Source: Blastocladiella emersonii ATCC 22665 (taxonomy: Eukaryota; Fungi; Blastocladiomycota). Taken from it: 64,000 nt of DNA. This document shows positions 22,786 to 34,444 of the stretch, piece after piece (positions within the stretch are counted from its first letter, which is position 1; each line of letters opens with the position of its first letter). Below the pieces are notes generated by a model. That model was not told where the DNA came from and did not search any database. It saw only the letters and a program-made list of their open reading frames with translations. The stretch is from positions 1,240,001 through 1,304,000 of the forward strand of contig JANHCV010000006.1 of the NCBI GenBank assembly GCA_025594325.1, read 5' to 3'. Made by a program: the position numbers and the translations under genes.

Positions 22786-23052
22786 TAAGAGTTTGCATGT
22801 GCTTCGTTGTGTTTTTGATACATTTTATTCATGACTGCCCGCAGCCTTTTTGGGAAACAACAAGCGTCCCGCAGCGAGCGCGAGACAGATTTACGAGAAT
22901 CATGTGGCGGCACCTGACCGCCACCTTCACCGTTTGTCTCTCTGCCTCTCGCCGCTCCGGCGCAGTAGACTCTGATCGACCCCCGGCCTTTGGGTATCAC
23001 GCATCGTACCATTCTCACCTACTGCAACGCATCAAGCATCTTCCACCCTACC

Positions 23053-23763
23053 ATGTCACTCGGGTCCACGGTGTTCCGGCGGTCGTTCGCGACGGCGCGG
23101 CCGCAGCTGTCCAACATTGGGCGCAAGCCGGTCGTCTACGATCCGGCGACGACGTCGATCCTGTTCCGCAACCCCTACCCTGCGCCCGCGGCGAACGCGG
23201 GTCCGCCGAGCAAGCACGCCATGGACCGGCGCGCGCCGTACACGGTGACGGTCAAGGGCCCGCTCGGCACGCTGTCGCGGACGGTGCCGCCGTACGTGAA
23301 GCTGCTGCCGCGCGAGGACGCGGACGTGGCGGCCAAGCAGAAGGCAGCGCTCGCGGTCGGCGTCGACTTCCCGACCGTCGACAAGCAGCGCGCGGCGTGG
23401 GGCTCGACGCGCGCGCACCTCGCCAACATGGTGCACGGCGTCACCGAGGGGTGGAAGTGGACCGTGCGGTTTGTGGGTATCGGGTACCGCGCCGCCGTCG
23501 AGACGGACGCGGCGTCGGGCCAGGCGTCGGTCCTGCTCAAGCTCGGGTACTGCAACACCATCTCGCTGCCCGTCCCCGCGGGCGTCAAGGCCGTTGCCGT
23601 GCAGCCCGACCACCTCGAGCTCACGGGCGCGTGCAAGGAGGACGTGGCCCAGTTCGCCGCCGATATCCGCAAGTACCGCCGGCCCGAGCCCTACAAGCAG
23701 AAGGGTGTGTTCGTCAACGGCGAGACCATTGCCAAGCGCCACCCCAAGGGCAAGAAGAAGTAA
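23053..23763 (+). CDS. MRPL6: Mitochondrial large-subunit ribosomal protein uL6m
   Basis: SNIGRKPV, VKGPLGTL, WGSTRAHLANMVHGVTEG, VGIGYRA, FAADIRKYRRPEPYKQKGV; presequence-like N-terminus. Confidence 0.95.
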   Translation: MSLGSTVFRRSFATARPQLSNIGRKPVVYDPATTSILFRNPYPAPAANAGPPSKHAMDRRAPYTVTVKGPLGTLSRTVPPYVKLLPREDADVAAKQKAALAVGVDFPTVDKQRAAWGSTRAHLANMVHGVTEGWKWTVRFVGIGYRAAVETDAASGQASVLLKLGYCNTISLPVPAGVKAVAVQPDHLELTGACKEDVAQFAADIRKYRRPEPYKQKGVFVNGETIAKRHPKGKKK

Positions 23764-23838
23764 AGCGGTCCTCGGTGCTATCGTCGTGTCCGTGTCTAGT
23801 CTACCTGTGTTTGCCTCTCCCCCACCACCAATTTTCTA

Positions 23839-24603
23839 TTATCTGTTCTGTATCGCATCCCACTCTGCCGGCATCGACTTCGTGGTCGCCGCGTGCGCCG
23901 CCTGCATCCCGCGCAGCAGCGAGGCAAACTCGGGCAGCCGCTCGCGCCAGTCGATCGCTGGTCCCTGCTCCGACGCGCCGAACCCGTTCAGCAAACTCGC
24001 GCGGTACGCAGCCGCGAGCTCTACACGTCGCGTCAGTCAGTGTGCCCCTCCACCTGAATCCAACGAGAGAGCAACCATACCATGCACCGGCCCCTGGTCC
24101 TGCGGGAACACCTCATTCACGAGCCCGACGCGCGCAGCGAACGCAGAGGACCGCCGCCCGCCACCGTCGCCCGCGCCCTCGACCTCGAGCCGCGCCTGGA
24201 CGTACACGGCGTCGAGGTGCGCCTGCGCGGCGTACTTGCTCTCCTCCGTCAGCCCGCACTCGTCCCCGGCCGACTCGGCGATCCATTTCGCCAGCAGCGA
24301 CCGCGCGTGGATCACGGGCCGCAGGAGCGCGGGCCACTCGATCGTTTTTGGGGTGACAGCCGACTCGAGTGCGCGCACGAGGACCTGTGACGCGGTCCAC
24401 CACGGGTGCTCGGTCTTGGGCGAGGACGCGGAGGAGTCCGAAGAGGATTGGGAATCGTCCTGCCGGATCGCGGCCGCGCATGACGGATCGAGCGCGGTCA
24501 GTGCGGCGAGGACGGCGGCTGTTGGACCCTCGGCTGCGACGCGCGGGTCCGAGTAGAAGGCGGCCATGGCCGTGGTCAGGCTCTCGTGCTCCATTGGTTC
24601 CAT
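23839..24603 (-). CDS. Hypothetical protein; intron 24021-24080
   Basis: ORF MEPMEHESL...QGPVH, then a 60-nt GTATGG...TGTAG intron, continuing ELAAAYRASLLNGF...WDAIQNR to a TAA at 23839. Confidence 0.65.
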
Positions 24604-24780
24604 GATTCGTTCGTTCTGTTGACTGAGGAGCGCAGAAAGTGGCGCGGCGCGCTCCGAGTGATCGACGTATGAGAGCGCGTGGCGACGGGTCAGGTGACGC
24701 GAGACGCGCTTCTGCAAGCTGTCTCCTCCCTTGTCTCATTGTCTCTCCTCGACCAACGCGTCACTCAAACGTCACACACC

Positions 24781-25358
24781 ATGAAGGCAAAGAAACCTAT
24801 CACGAGCGGCAAGAAACCCGCCTCCGCGTCCGCCTCCGCCGCCGCGAAACCCGCGAGCCGGCTCGAGGCCGCGGCCAAGGCGAGCCTGTCCAAGACGCTG
24901 CACGCGATCGGGAAGAAATCGCCCGCCGCGACGCCCGCCAAGGCCACCGCGCTTGCCTCCGGCAAGTCGCCAGCATCGTCCGCCGCCACGCCGCGCCGCA
25001 CGGGCCCCGCGACGCGCGCCCAGGCCACGGCCACGGCACAGGCGCTCGACGCCGTGTACGACGCGATCGTGCGGAGCAGCAGTCTGCCCGGATCGGCGGC
25101 GGGGTCGCCCGCGACGTCGCCCAAGGTGCGTCCCACCGCCTACGCGAAGCCGTGAACCACGCGGCTCACGCGTGAACCGTGCGGCGATTGTAGAAGAAGA
25201 AGCTCGTGGGCGCGAACCAGCAGCCGCTGCTGTCGCGCGACGAGCTGCGCGCGCGGACCGAGGCGGCGCAGCGCGAGTTCGAGGCGCGCGAGCGTGCGGC
25301 GGCCGCGGCGAGGGTGCAGATCGATGCCGCTGTCGACCAGCTCGCGGACTTGCTCTAG
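24781..25358 (+). CDS. Small Lys/Ala-rich basic protein with a C-terminal helix; intron 25126-25193
   Basis: MKAKKPITSGKK...SPK, then a 68-nt GTGCGT...TTGTAG intron, then KKKLVGANQQPLLSRDELRAR...VDQLADLL*. Head-to-head with the 23839-24603 gene. Confidence 0.7.
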
Positions 25359-25478
25359 CCATTTTCCCTGACGACGTGTATATAGACCTGATCATTAGCA
25401 TCTGAAGAGGGGTGGGTCATGTATGGGTGGTGGTGGTGCAATGGTATGGGTGTAATGACAGCTGCGCAGACTCTACGA

Positions 25479-27722
25479 CTACGGCGACTGCGGCGGCGAC
25501 AGGTCGTTGGCGGTGGACTCGGGCCCCGACGTGTCCGCGGTGTCCGCGATCCCGGCCGCGCGGAGGTCGGCGGCGAGCTGGGCGCGGACGCTCTCGAACT
25601 TCTGCTCGATGAGGAGCCGGTTCTTGATCTCGGCGAGCTTGCCCCACGTGTTGCGCTGGCCGAGGCGCAAGAACCGGGTCATGCGGTACTCGTCGGGGTC
25701 CGAGAGGATGTGGACGCAGTCGATGAGGGCGAGCTGCGGCAGGATGTTCACGTTGCCCCCGAAATTCTGTAACCAGATGAAGCTCCAGTCCTGGTCGAGC
25801 ATGGGCGGCAGCAGGCGCAGGTCGCGCAGCATCTTGAGCCACTTCTTGAGGTCGAGCTTGATGAGGTGCTCGAGCGCCGTCAGCACGAACCCGCCGCGCC
25901 ACCCGCGGCCGCCGCGGTGCGCTGTCGGGTTGCCCGACCCACCCGTCGGCTCGAAGTGGAACGGGAACACGTGCGGGTTCACCTGGCTCACGATCGTGTA
26001 TGTCACGTTGAACAGCTGGTGCAGCGAGCGCGTCGGGCTACGGTGGGCGAGCGAGCGGTGGGCGAGCGAGGGGATTAGCGTACGATCAGCGAGCACAGCG
26101 AATCATACCAAACGAGCGTACATGTCGGTGCGCAGACTGCCGTCCTGCCACTTATCGCCCCAGCCCGTGAACGGCTCGATAACGACGTCGCCGGCGCGGT
26201 TGACTCGCTTGATCATGAGCTGGACGGGCTCGATGACGCCGGGCACGGCCGACGAAGCCATGACGGCGGACCAGATGACGACGTTGGGCGAGGTCCGGTA
26301 GTTGAGCAGCTTGGGCCGCGTGTTGCGGCCGGCCGTGACCACGGACACGTTGAGCACACGCCCGGTGCGGCGGTACGCCTCGAGGAACGTGAGGTCGCCG
26401 CCGGTAACCCACCCCATCTTGCTCTGCCATCGGGCCGCCGAGAACAGAACGCCGTCGGTCCACAGGCGGCGCAACCGCACGCTCCACGGGTCGTCGCACG
26501 CCGTGAGGTGCACGTGGATCCCGGGCTCGAGCTCGTTGTGCAGCTCGGCGTCGGTGCGCGTGCACACGATGGCGGCGATCAGCGACCCGGCCGAGGTGCC
26601 CGTGATGACGCGCGGCAGCAGGTCCGCGTCGAGCAGCGACCGGATCACGCCCAGGTGGTAGTACGCGAACGAGGCGCCGCCCGACAGGCACAGCGCGGTG
26701 CGCCCGTACAGCTGCGCGGCGCGGGCGAAGAAGACGCGTTTCGCGCGCGCCGACTCCCATGCGTGCGCCGGGTCGGCGGGGTCGACGGGCGCCGCGGCGA
26801 GCGAGTCGAGCGCCGAGACCGTCTCGTGCACGTACTCGTCGATCAGCGACTTGGTCCCGACCAGGCAGTGCGAGTACAGGTGGCGCGTCTCGACGCCGCC
26901 GATGTTGGCCTTGCACGCGCTCTCGAGGCACAGGTCGCGCAGTTTCGGGAGGCTCGCGGGCGGCGCCGGTGCCGGTGCCGTGTCCTCGCCGAACTCGGGC
27001 GCAGCGGGCGCAACACTCCCGGCACCACGGCGGAACCGGCGCAGCTTGGCCGTGATACTGCGGATGAGCCGGTAATCGTAGATAGGCGACGCGGCGATCT
27101 CGCGCCACGCCTGACGGCCGAAATGGTTATCGAGCGCGACGGCCGCGTCGCACCACGCCTCGTACGTCGTGGACGCGAGCAGCTGCTTGCGGAACGCGCC
27201 CGCGCGGCCGGTCCACACGACACACGACTCGTAGACCGCGACGCACTGGCGCACGAGAAAGTAGAGGACCAGCTCGGCGACCAGCGTCACGCCGATCGCC
27301 ACGATCAGCGGCCACCGCAGGAACGTGTACGTGACGCCCTCGGGGCGCGGCTTCATCCACGGGCGCAGCGTCGTGCCCAGCACCGAGTTGTTGCTCCAGC
27401 GCACCGCCGCGGCCGGGGTTTCGGGGTCGGACTGCAGCGCGTCGTCGTCCGAGTCGGAGCCGGCCGACCCGTGCGAGTGCGAGTGGTAGTCGCTCGCGGC
27501 GCGCGCCGGGTCGACGAGGTCCGCGTCGTCCTCGTCGTCGAGCTCAAACTCGGACCCCGAGTCTGCCGGGGGAGGCGGCGGCGGCGTCACGGTCGCGGTG
27601 CGCGCGCGGCGCTTGTGCATCATGGCGGACCCGTTGCCGTTGCCGTTGGTCGCGACGGCGGGTGATGGCGGGTGGTTGGTGGCCGACGACGACGACGACG
27701 CTGAAGACGTCGTGATGGCCAT
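25479..27722 (-). CDS. Patatin-like triacylglycerol lipase (Tgl3/4/5 or Sdp1 family); intron 26038-26121
   Basis: TALCLSGGASFAYYHLGV (oxyanion loop), ITGTSAGS (GxSxG), WQDGSLRTD, then after splicing IPTRSLHQLFNVTYTIVSQVNPH; N-terminal TM segment. Confidence 0.92.
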
Positions 27723-28080
27723 GGGTTGGTGTAGGTTGGTGCGTAGCAAGTTCGTAGCAGGTTGCGGGTCGGTTGGTTGAGGAGGGGAGAGCGAGAGCGC
27801 GAGGGCCGGGCCCTCCTTATGCCTCGGCCTCAGCAACTCTACCGAGGCTCATTCGCCGCCCGTTTCCGGGGTGTAGCGCGTCATCGCGGGCGTGTGAAAA
27901 CGACGAGTCGGCGAGGGCGTGGAGGAGAGCCCCAGCGGCGCGCCCCAACGCGGGCGAGGTCGGCCGCCGCGGGCCGGCGGGTCGGCTCAGCTGTAATACG
28001 TCTCGCACCCGATGTCTCGCGCCCCACGCGTCAGCTGCGACTACGCCACCACTATCAAGTGTATTCACCCAAACATCAAC

Positions 28081-30910
28081 TCACTGCCACTGGATCCGCA
28101 GCAGCTTGCGGTTAAGCACCGCGCGCGCCGCAACGGCGGCGACCGCGAGCCCCGCGCACGTCAGGAGCAGGGTGCCCTTGCCAAACGACTCGGAGAGCTG
28201 GTCAAAGGCGCCCGACGGCGTGACGCGGGTCCAGAACACGTCGAACCCGAACGCGAGGACCGCCGACGTACTCTCGAGGTGCGTCGCAGCGGTCGCGATA
28301 CGCGGCGCGACGACGTGGCGCGTGTGTGAGACCACGGACCGGTCGTCGGTGCCCATCGGCAGCATGTGCGCGTAGGGGACGATCCCGGCCTCGGCGAGCA
28401 CCTCCTTGGGCTCGGTCGACGCACGCAGGGCGTCGGCGAGGCGGCGCGGGATCGTGGCGACGCTGCGCGTCGTCGTGTACACGACGTCGGCGACCGCGAT
28501 CCCGTTGCGCGTCGACGTGACGCCGAGCCCCGTGATCACGTCGCGCACCGCGAGCGCAAACGACGCCGCGTGCACGATCGGCCGCGGGCCCGCGAACGAG
28601 GTGGCCGCGAGCGGCGCGGAGTCCTGGTCCACGGCAAACATCTCGAGCACCGTCACCGTCCACCCCGCGGGACCGACGAGGCCGCGGTTCCAATACACGA
28701 GCACCGTCCAGTGCTCGGCCCGCACCGCGTGCACGGGCAGCGTCCAGTCGACGTCGACCTGCGCGTAGCTGCCGAGCACGTGCCCCGACACCGTGTCGAG
28801 GAGCGCGACGCGCAGCTCGCCGACGTCTACGTCAGGGCGCGTCACGACGGCCGCCACGTTCGGGTTCAGGTACTTGTACCGGACGGACCGGTCGCCCATG
28901 ACGCGGCCCGCGGACGCCACCTTGGTGCGGCGCGGCAGCGCGACGGCCGCCGTGCGGTCGCCGGGGAGCGTGATGTTGAACGTGGACACGACGTCGCCGC
29001 CGTCCACGACCGCGAACCCCTGGACCGTGGTCCCCTCGATCCGGTGCACGTGCGCGGGGAGCGGCGTCGGGAGCGCGCGGCCCACGACCTCCTCGGCGGG
29101 CGTGACGATCCGCATGCCCGTGGCGATCTCGCCCGTGAACGGGTTGACGGTGAGCGTGGCGCGGTCCGTGACGACGCGCACGAGCGCGGGGTCGCTGCCG
29201 ACGGTGCCGCGGATCAGGTCCATGTACTCGGCCTTGTCGGCAAGCACACGCGACCACACAACGTCGCCGCGCGCCGAGTCGACCGCGTACATGGCGTTGC
29301 TGTGGGTCAGGAACACGGCGAGCTTGCGGAACCCGAACGCGTCCATGTTCGCCGCGTCGGTGCTGGGCTCGAGCGCCGCGAGGAGGACGCCCATCGGATC
29401 GGCGACGAACGCGTTAAGCGCGCCGCGCGCCATGGCCAGGTGGCTCGACCACCGGTCCATCCACCGCGTCAGGACCGACGCGGACGGCAGCTCGGCCTCC
29501 TCCCACGAGTGCGGCTCCGGGTAGTCAACGATCACGCCGTCGCGGATGCTCGCCAGCGCCTCGTGTCGCGTCCACGCGACGGCGCCAGAGTCGGAGACGA
29601 GGTGCAGGTTGTGGTCGGCCGTCACGACGAGCACGACGCCCGTCGCGGGCGAAGGGGCCGACGCGAACTCGATGGTGGGGAGCGTGACGCTCGCATCGTC
29701 CTCGTCGGCGGCAGTGGCGCGGAACGACGCGGTCTCGAACACGGTCGACGCGGCCTGCGAGCCGTCGTCAGCGACGTCGAGGATGCGGTCCGCGTACTGG
29801 ACCTGGACGTGGTGCGTGGTCGGGGAAACGGTGACGCGCGCCGAGTCGGCGGCGCGGGGACCCTTGTACACGACAGCGTGCTTGCCGTCGACCGCGTCGA
29901 GCTTGATGACCGCGGTCGCGCTGCCGCCGTCGAGGCGGAGGAAGCACGAGTCGCGGACCGCCGAGAGAGCGATGTTGCCCGACACGGGGAGCGGCGAGAC
30001 GACCGAGTCCTTGACCTCCCACTTGGGCGTGACGCGCGCCGCGTGCACGGCGCCGGCCTTGAGGAACACGACCCACTTGTTCTTGGTGCACCCGGCGAGC
30101 TTGGCGCCCGCGACGGGGCCCGCGGTGGCGCGCACCGTGGTCGGGACCTCGTCCGCCGTGGCCGCGCCGTACACGATCGACAGCGTATCGCTGTGCTGCG
30201 TCAGCGCCCACAGGTGCGTACCCGTCCACCGCGCCTCGCGCACGGTGCCGCGTTCGGCCGACGTGCCCCACGCGGACGCCGTCAGCGTGCCCGCGCTCGT
30301 CGCGCGGTCGTGCCCCAGCACGTACACGGTGCCGTCCAGGACGAGGACCGCGTCGTCGCCCGCCGTGCACACGACGGACGCGCTGCCGGCGGCGGAGGGC
30401 GAGGCGTTGGAGACGTGGGTCTGTGCGACCAGCGAGCCCGACGCGGCGGTCCACACCTGGACCAGCGGACCGTGGCGCGTGTCTGCCACGGTCGCCAGGT
30501 GCTTGCCGCACACGGCAGTCGTCGCGAGGGTCTGGTCGGCGGGGAGGACGTGGCGCCAGACTAGACGTGCGGCGTCAGGCGGGTTAGCGACGCGTCGTTG
30601 CGAGTTGAGAGGCGGGAGAGCGCACCGAGCTTGCCCTGGTTGGCGGCATCCGCGAGGCCGACGGCGCGCTCGCTCGCGACCACGGCGTGCGTGCCCTCCT
30701 TGGCCCAGTGCAGGTCCTTGGGCTTGCCGATCGATTCAATGTGCCTACGCGCACGCGCTGTCAGGATCGAGAACATGACGCGTACAGGTGAGAGGAGTAC
30801 CAGTCAAACTTGCCCGCCTGGTCCTCATACATGGCGCTGGCCAGGGTCGGGAGCGTCGCCGCAACGGCCACGGCGGCGAGCGCCAGGCCGAGCGGGTTGA
30901 GCGGTTGCAT
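28081..30910 (-). CDS. EMC1: ER membrane protein complex subunit 1; introns 30745-30800 and 30561-30625
   Basis: Signal peptide + MYEDQAGKFDWH; DAFGFRKLAVFLT; GRVMGDRSVRYKYLNPN; AEHWTVLVYW; THLESTSAVLAFGFDVFWTRVTPSGAFDQLSESF; C-terminal TM helix. Confidence 0.95.
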
Positions 30911-31141
30911 GGCGAGTGGTGGTCTCTGAGGCAGATCGAGCTGCTTCTCAAGGAGGGAGGGGAGGAAGAGGGAGGGCGGCGGCGGCGGCGGCGCGAAAAG
31001 AGCTCCGCCACGTCGCTGACGCCCGCGCCGTGAGTCACCTGACGCACGCGTGCCGATCGCCACGCGCGAATACGCGTCGCTCCTCGCCGCCAAGTCGGCG
31101 CTCCCGCAAGCACACTCGCCATGAAGAATTAACCAGCTAAC

Positions 31142-33417
31142 ATGGAGCATAACATCATGCAATCTGCCCAAAGTGGCAGCAGCGGCGACCCGGTGCCTCT
31201 TCTTGCTGAACTGCCTACCGAGCTGCTTCTCCAGGTTTTGCAGCTCGCAGAGCCCCGGGTTTGTCTCGTTGAAGCAACCCTCACGCTCTATAACGTTGTT
31301 TCCGAAGTGTCTGTGAAGCGAATCTGGGACCGCCGCCGTCTGACCGACTGGCTACGCCACGCGCGCGTTGGTGCTGGTCACGGCCATCGGCTTTTCTACA
31401 ACGACCTCGACGCCTACCTCATGACGACTTGCTTAGACGGCAGCTCATATTCTCCAAACGGTCACTTCTACGGTGCTGTCGCGGGCGTCGTTCTCGATCT
31501 CGTTCGGCGGCAACGCGCTTCGAAGCCATCCGCGTTCGCCGCGGCATTCAGCTCTACGCGTGGGCGTCCAGCAAACCACTCAGGCTTTCAACCGGGCGCG
31601 AGACTCCTCGACCTCGAATCTCTGTGGGACGACCCGGACATCCCCCTTGGCAGTAACTCTCCGCTGTGGTCGTGTCTCGACTTCCCGATCCTCTCTCAAG
31701 CTCAGCTGTTCCTCGCCGCCGTCGCCAGCGGGGACGCAGCCATTTGTCAGCTCTTGGAGGACACGCTCGAGTGGGTGCCCGAACTGCTTGAGGCCGTTCG
31801 AAGCGACTGGTCTCTCGCCCTGCCGCTCCCACTTGACATGCCACTCAAGCTCCAACACCCGCTTCGCCTCCTCGATTTCCTCACGTTGCTTGCTGTTAGT
31901 TCTTGGAAGCCCGGTTTCCTGGAGGCCGCCTCTGGCTTGGGACTCGCCATCGACACTCTCGAGCTGGCCCGCGTTTGTTCTCCGAACACTGCCTTCAGCC
32001 ATGGCATAGAGCGGCGAATTCTCAAGTCGGCGGCGGCCGCGGCCGAGTCCAACGTCCTGGATACGATCGGTTAGCTCGCCCGCTTCTCTCCACCGCTCCT
32101 CGAAACTTTACTCGCTGTTGGGATCATCAAAGCTCTCAAACAGTGGAACATGCATTCCACGCTCGGTCTTGTGCTCACTCGTTTCGCGGACAAGCTGCGC
32201 GCAACCGTGGCACCTGCCGAGCGCTCGCTGCTCGCTGTCCTCGCGTTCGAAGGCGGAAACGGGCCAGATATCGTCAGTGTGCTCGTGTCGCACCAAGTGC
32301 TCGACCCGGAAACTTTTGCATATCTCCTGGCGCGCTCACTCAGAAACGATTACGCTGGAAGATTTCCTGCTCTCCGAGGGCTTGTGGTGCAACAAGCTGG
32401 CCCACAGCTCATGGACGTGACGTTCAATGGTTCTTGCTCTTCCCTTCCCCTGCGCCCTGACGTCAAGTTCCATTGCTGACGTGCTCCTGTCCCGCGCGCG
32501 CAGCCTTCCGGATTTGTTCGCGGTCCGTGCTTCCGGATATCCCGGGTTCGCTTTACGTCCTCACCTTTGCGGCGGAAAACCTTTCGTCGGATGACATTCA
32601 GATCCTCTTGGACAGGTGCACAGAGTACCTGTGCACCGCCGGCGCGGCCTTCAATTACGGCAACCAACCAATTGACTACGGCGGGATCAATCAGGCCTTC
32701 CACGCACCACCCGGCTGCAAAGTGAACATTATGATCCCCTTTCGACTTGCCGTTGCGGTCTTTAGCCGCATGGACGAGAGCTTGGTCCGATCATTTTCCT
32801 CGGCGTATTGGGCTGTTGTGGGCGCGCTTCAGAACCCTGCGACCCTAGTGGCCGCCCTGAACTTCCTCCAAGGGCGGCCGAGTCTGGCCCAGAAGTTGTT
32901 TGGAATCGTGATTGAAGCTGGCGATACTTACACCGTATCACCGCCACTCATTGCTGGCCCCAATGACATGCGAACGTGCCGGCACTGCACGCTTCCATGC
33001 CAGGCCCCGTGGTTGGCAACGCTCGCCGATCTCGTTGCGCTCAGCGGTGGACTCGCAGCGATCCCGGACTTTGCCAAGAAGACGGTAAGCGACCATCTCA
33101 AGCGAACGCAATACCCGAAACGCTTACCAGACGCGTGCCGGGAACATGGGGTCGCATACCAATCGCTTGAGCTGGCTCGCACCCTCATTCGCACCGATCT
33201 CGATGGACTTCTCCGGGTTCTCTGCAGTGACGATACCTCCGGGAACAATGTCTTGGTCAATGACGACTTTAGGCGTCTGGTTCCCGACGGGGCTCTGGAC
33301 CGCGTCCGCGACGCGGCGTGGGTTCGCCGCGCGGTTTCAACGTGCAAGCGCTGGCGCCTGGACGCGACCATTGAGGAGCTCAAACGTGTTGCTCCGATCG
33401 GTTCGTCCGAGCAGTGA
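31142..33417 (+). pseudogene. Near full-length member of the dispersed F-box-like family, disrupted by TAG (32072) and frameshift(s) near 32470
   Basis: LAELPTELLLQVLQLAEP F-box-like start. ORFs 31142-32074 and 32150-32479 are in one frame across a TAG. The 32473-33417 frame ends with the VPDGALD...ELKRVAP motif shared with 19040-19424. Lower GC; I could not place GT-AG introns that remove the lesions. Confidence 0.7.
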
Positions 33418-33749
33418 GTTTCCCGTACTAAATCGAAAGCCTTGAGCATTTTCAGCGGTGAGGGAATGGAAGATGGTGATCCGCGAGCAAGCTATGCGGC
33501 GGCGCCACATCACCTGAGTGGCGCATCGCGCCTGTGCCCATGGCGGCGAGTAAGATTTTGAAGTCACAGGTCTACCTACCACTGCCGCATTTAGTATCAC
33601 ATTCCTTCATTCCAGATGCAACGTGCAAGCTTGGACTGAGGTGCTTGTGGATGGCGACGCCGGAAAGGTATCAAAACCTTTTGTGAAACAGAATCAAGAG
33701 CACGCCACTACACTTCGAAGCCAGACCATAGAATCCGTCGTGCACGCCG

Positions 33750-34370
33750 CACACACTCATGGCACTCCTCGAGCTCGAGCGCTTGGACTAGTTCCGCGAA
33801 AGTCACGCTGTCGCACACGTCGCCGAAGAGACTCTCGACAATGTCGTAGCGGAAGTCGCGTCGATGAGGTCGTTGGCGCGAAAGAACCACTTGAGCGTGC
33901 CGATGAACAGCGTCGGTGGGATCGAGCGAACGTACGTGGCCGAGGCGAGCTCGTACCAGTCGTATGTGTAGAACTTGAAAAAGAACGATTCTGAGTCGAA
34001 ACCGTACTTGGGCGTCGCGACAACGGGAAGCATCTCGGGGCGCCACCATTTCAGGCACGCGAGAATGAGGTAGTCGATGAAGGAGACGCGAGTGTCGTCG
34101 CCGTCGCCCAGCTCCTTCCTGTGCTTGATGTAAGCGTGCGTCACGACCTTGCGTCAGTCAGGATCAAGGCGCACCCAGTCGGCGAGCTTAAGCGCAAGCG
34201 TCATGATGCGCTCATCGGGGATTGCGTCCAGCACGAGGAGAAGGCCGTCGACGTTGCCCACCGCAATCAGGTACAACGAGAGCGCAAAGAGTGTGGCACG
34301 GGCGCGACCAAGTCGACGCGATCGACCTGCCAAGAGGGAACGTCGTTGGACCCGCCCATGTCGAGGTGCA
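33750..34370 (-). pseudogene. Helical/hydrophobic gene remnant of unknown family, upstream part lost next to the LINE
   Basis: ...ATLFALSLYLIAVGNVDGLLLVLDAIPDERIMTLALKLADWVRLDPD*RKVVTHAYIKHRKEL...YLILACLKWWRPEML...; protein-like frame with an internal TGA. Confidence 0.4.
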
Positions 34371-34444
34371 CCGCGGCGTTACTGTTTACCGCGTACCCGC
34401 GTTTCTCGACCGCGACGACGGCGCCGTTTTGAGGCCGGACCGCG

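Noticed and set aside
24781-25155. Histone H1-like call for the Lys/Ala-rich ORF
   Set aside because: No winged-helix globular domain, and splicing adds an unrelated C-terminal helix; kept as a hypothetical basic protein.
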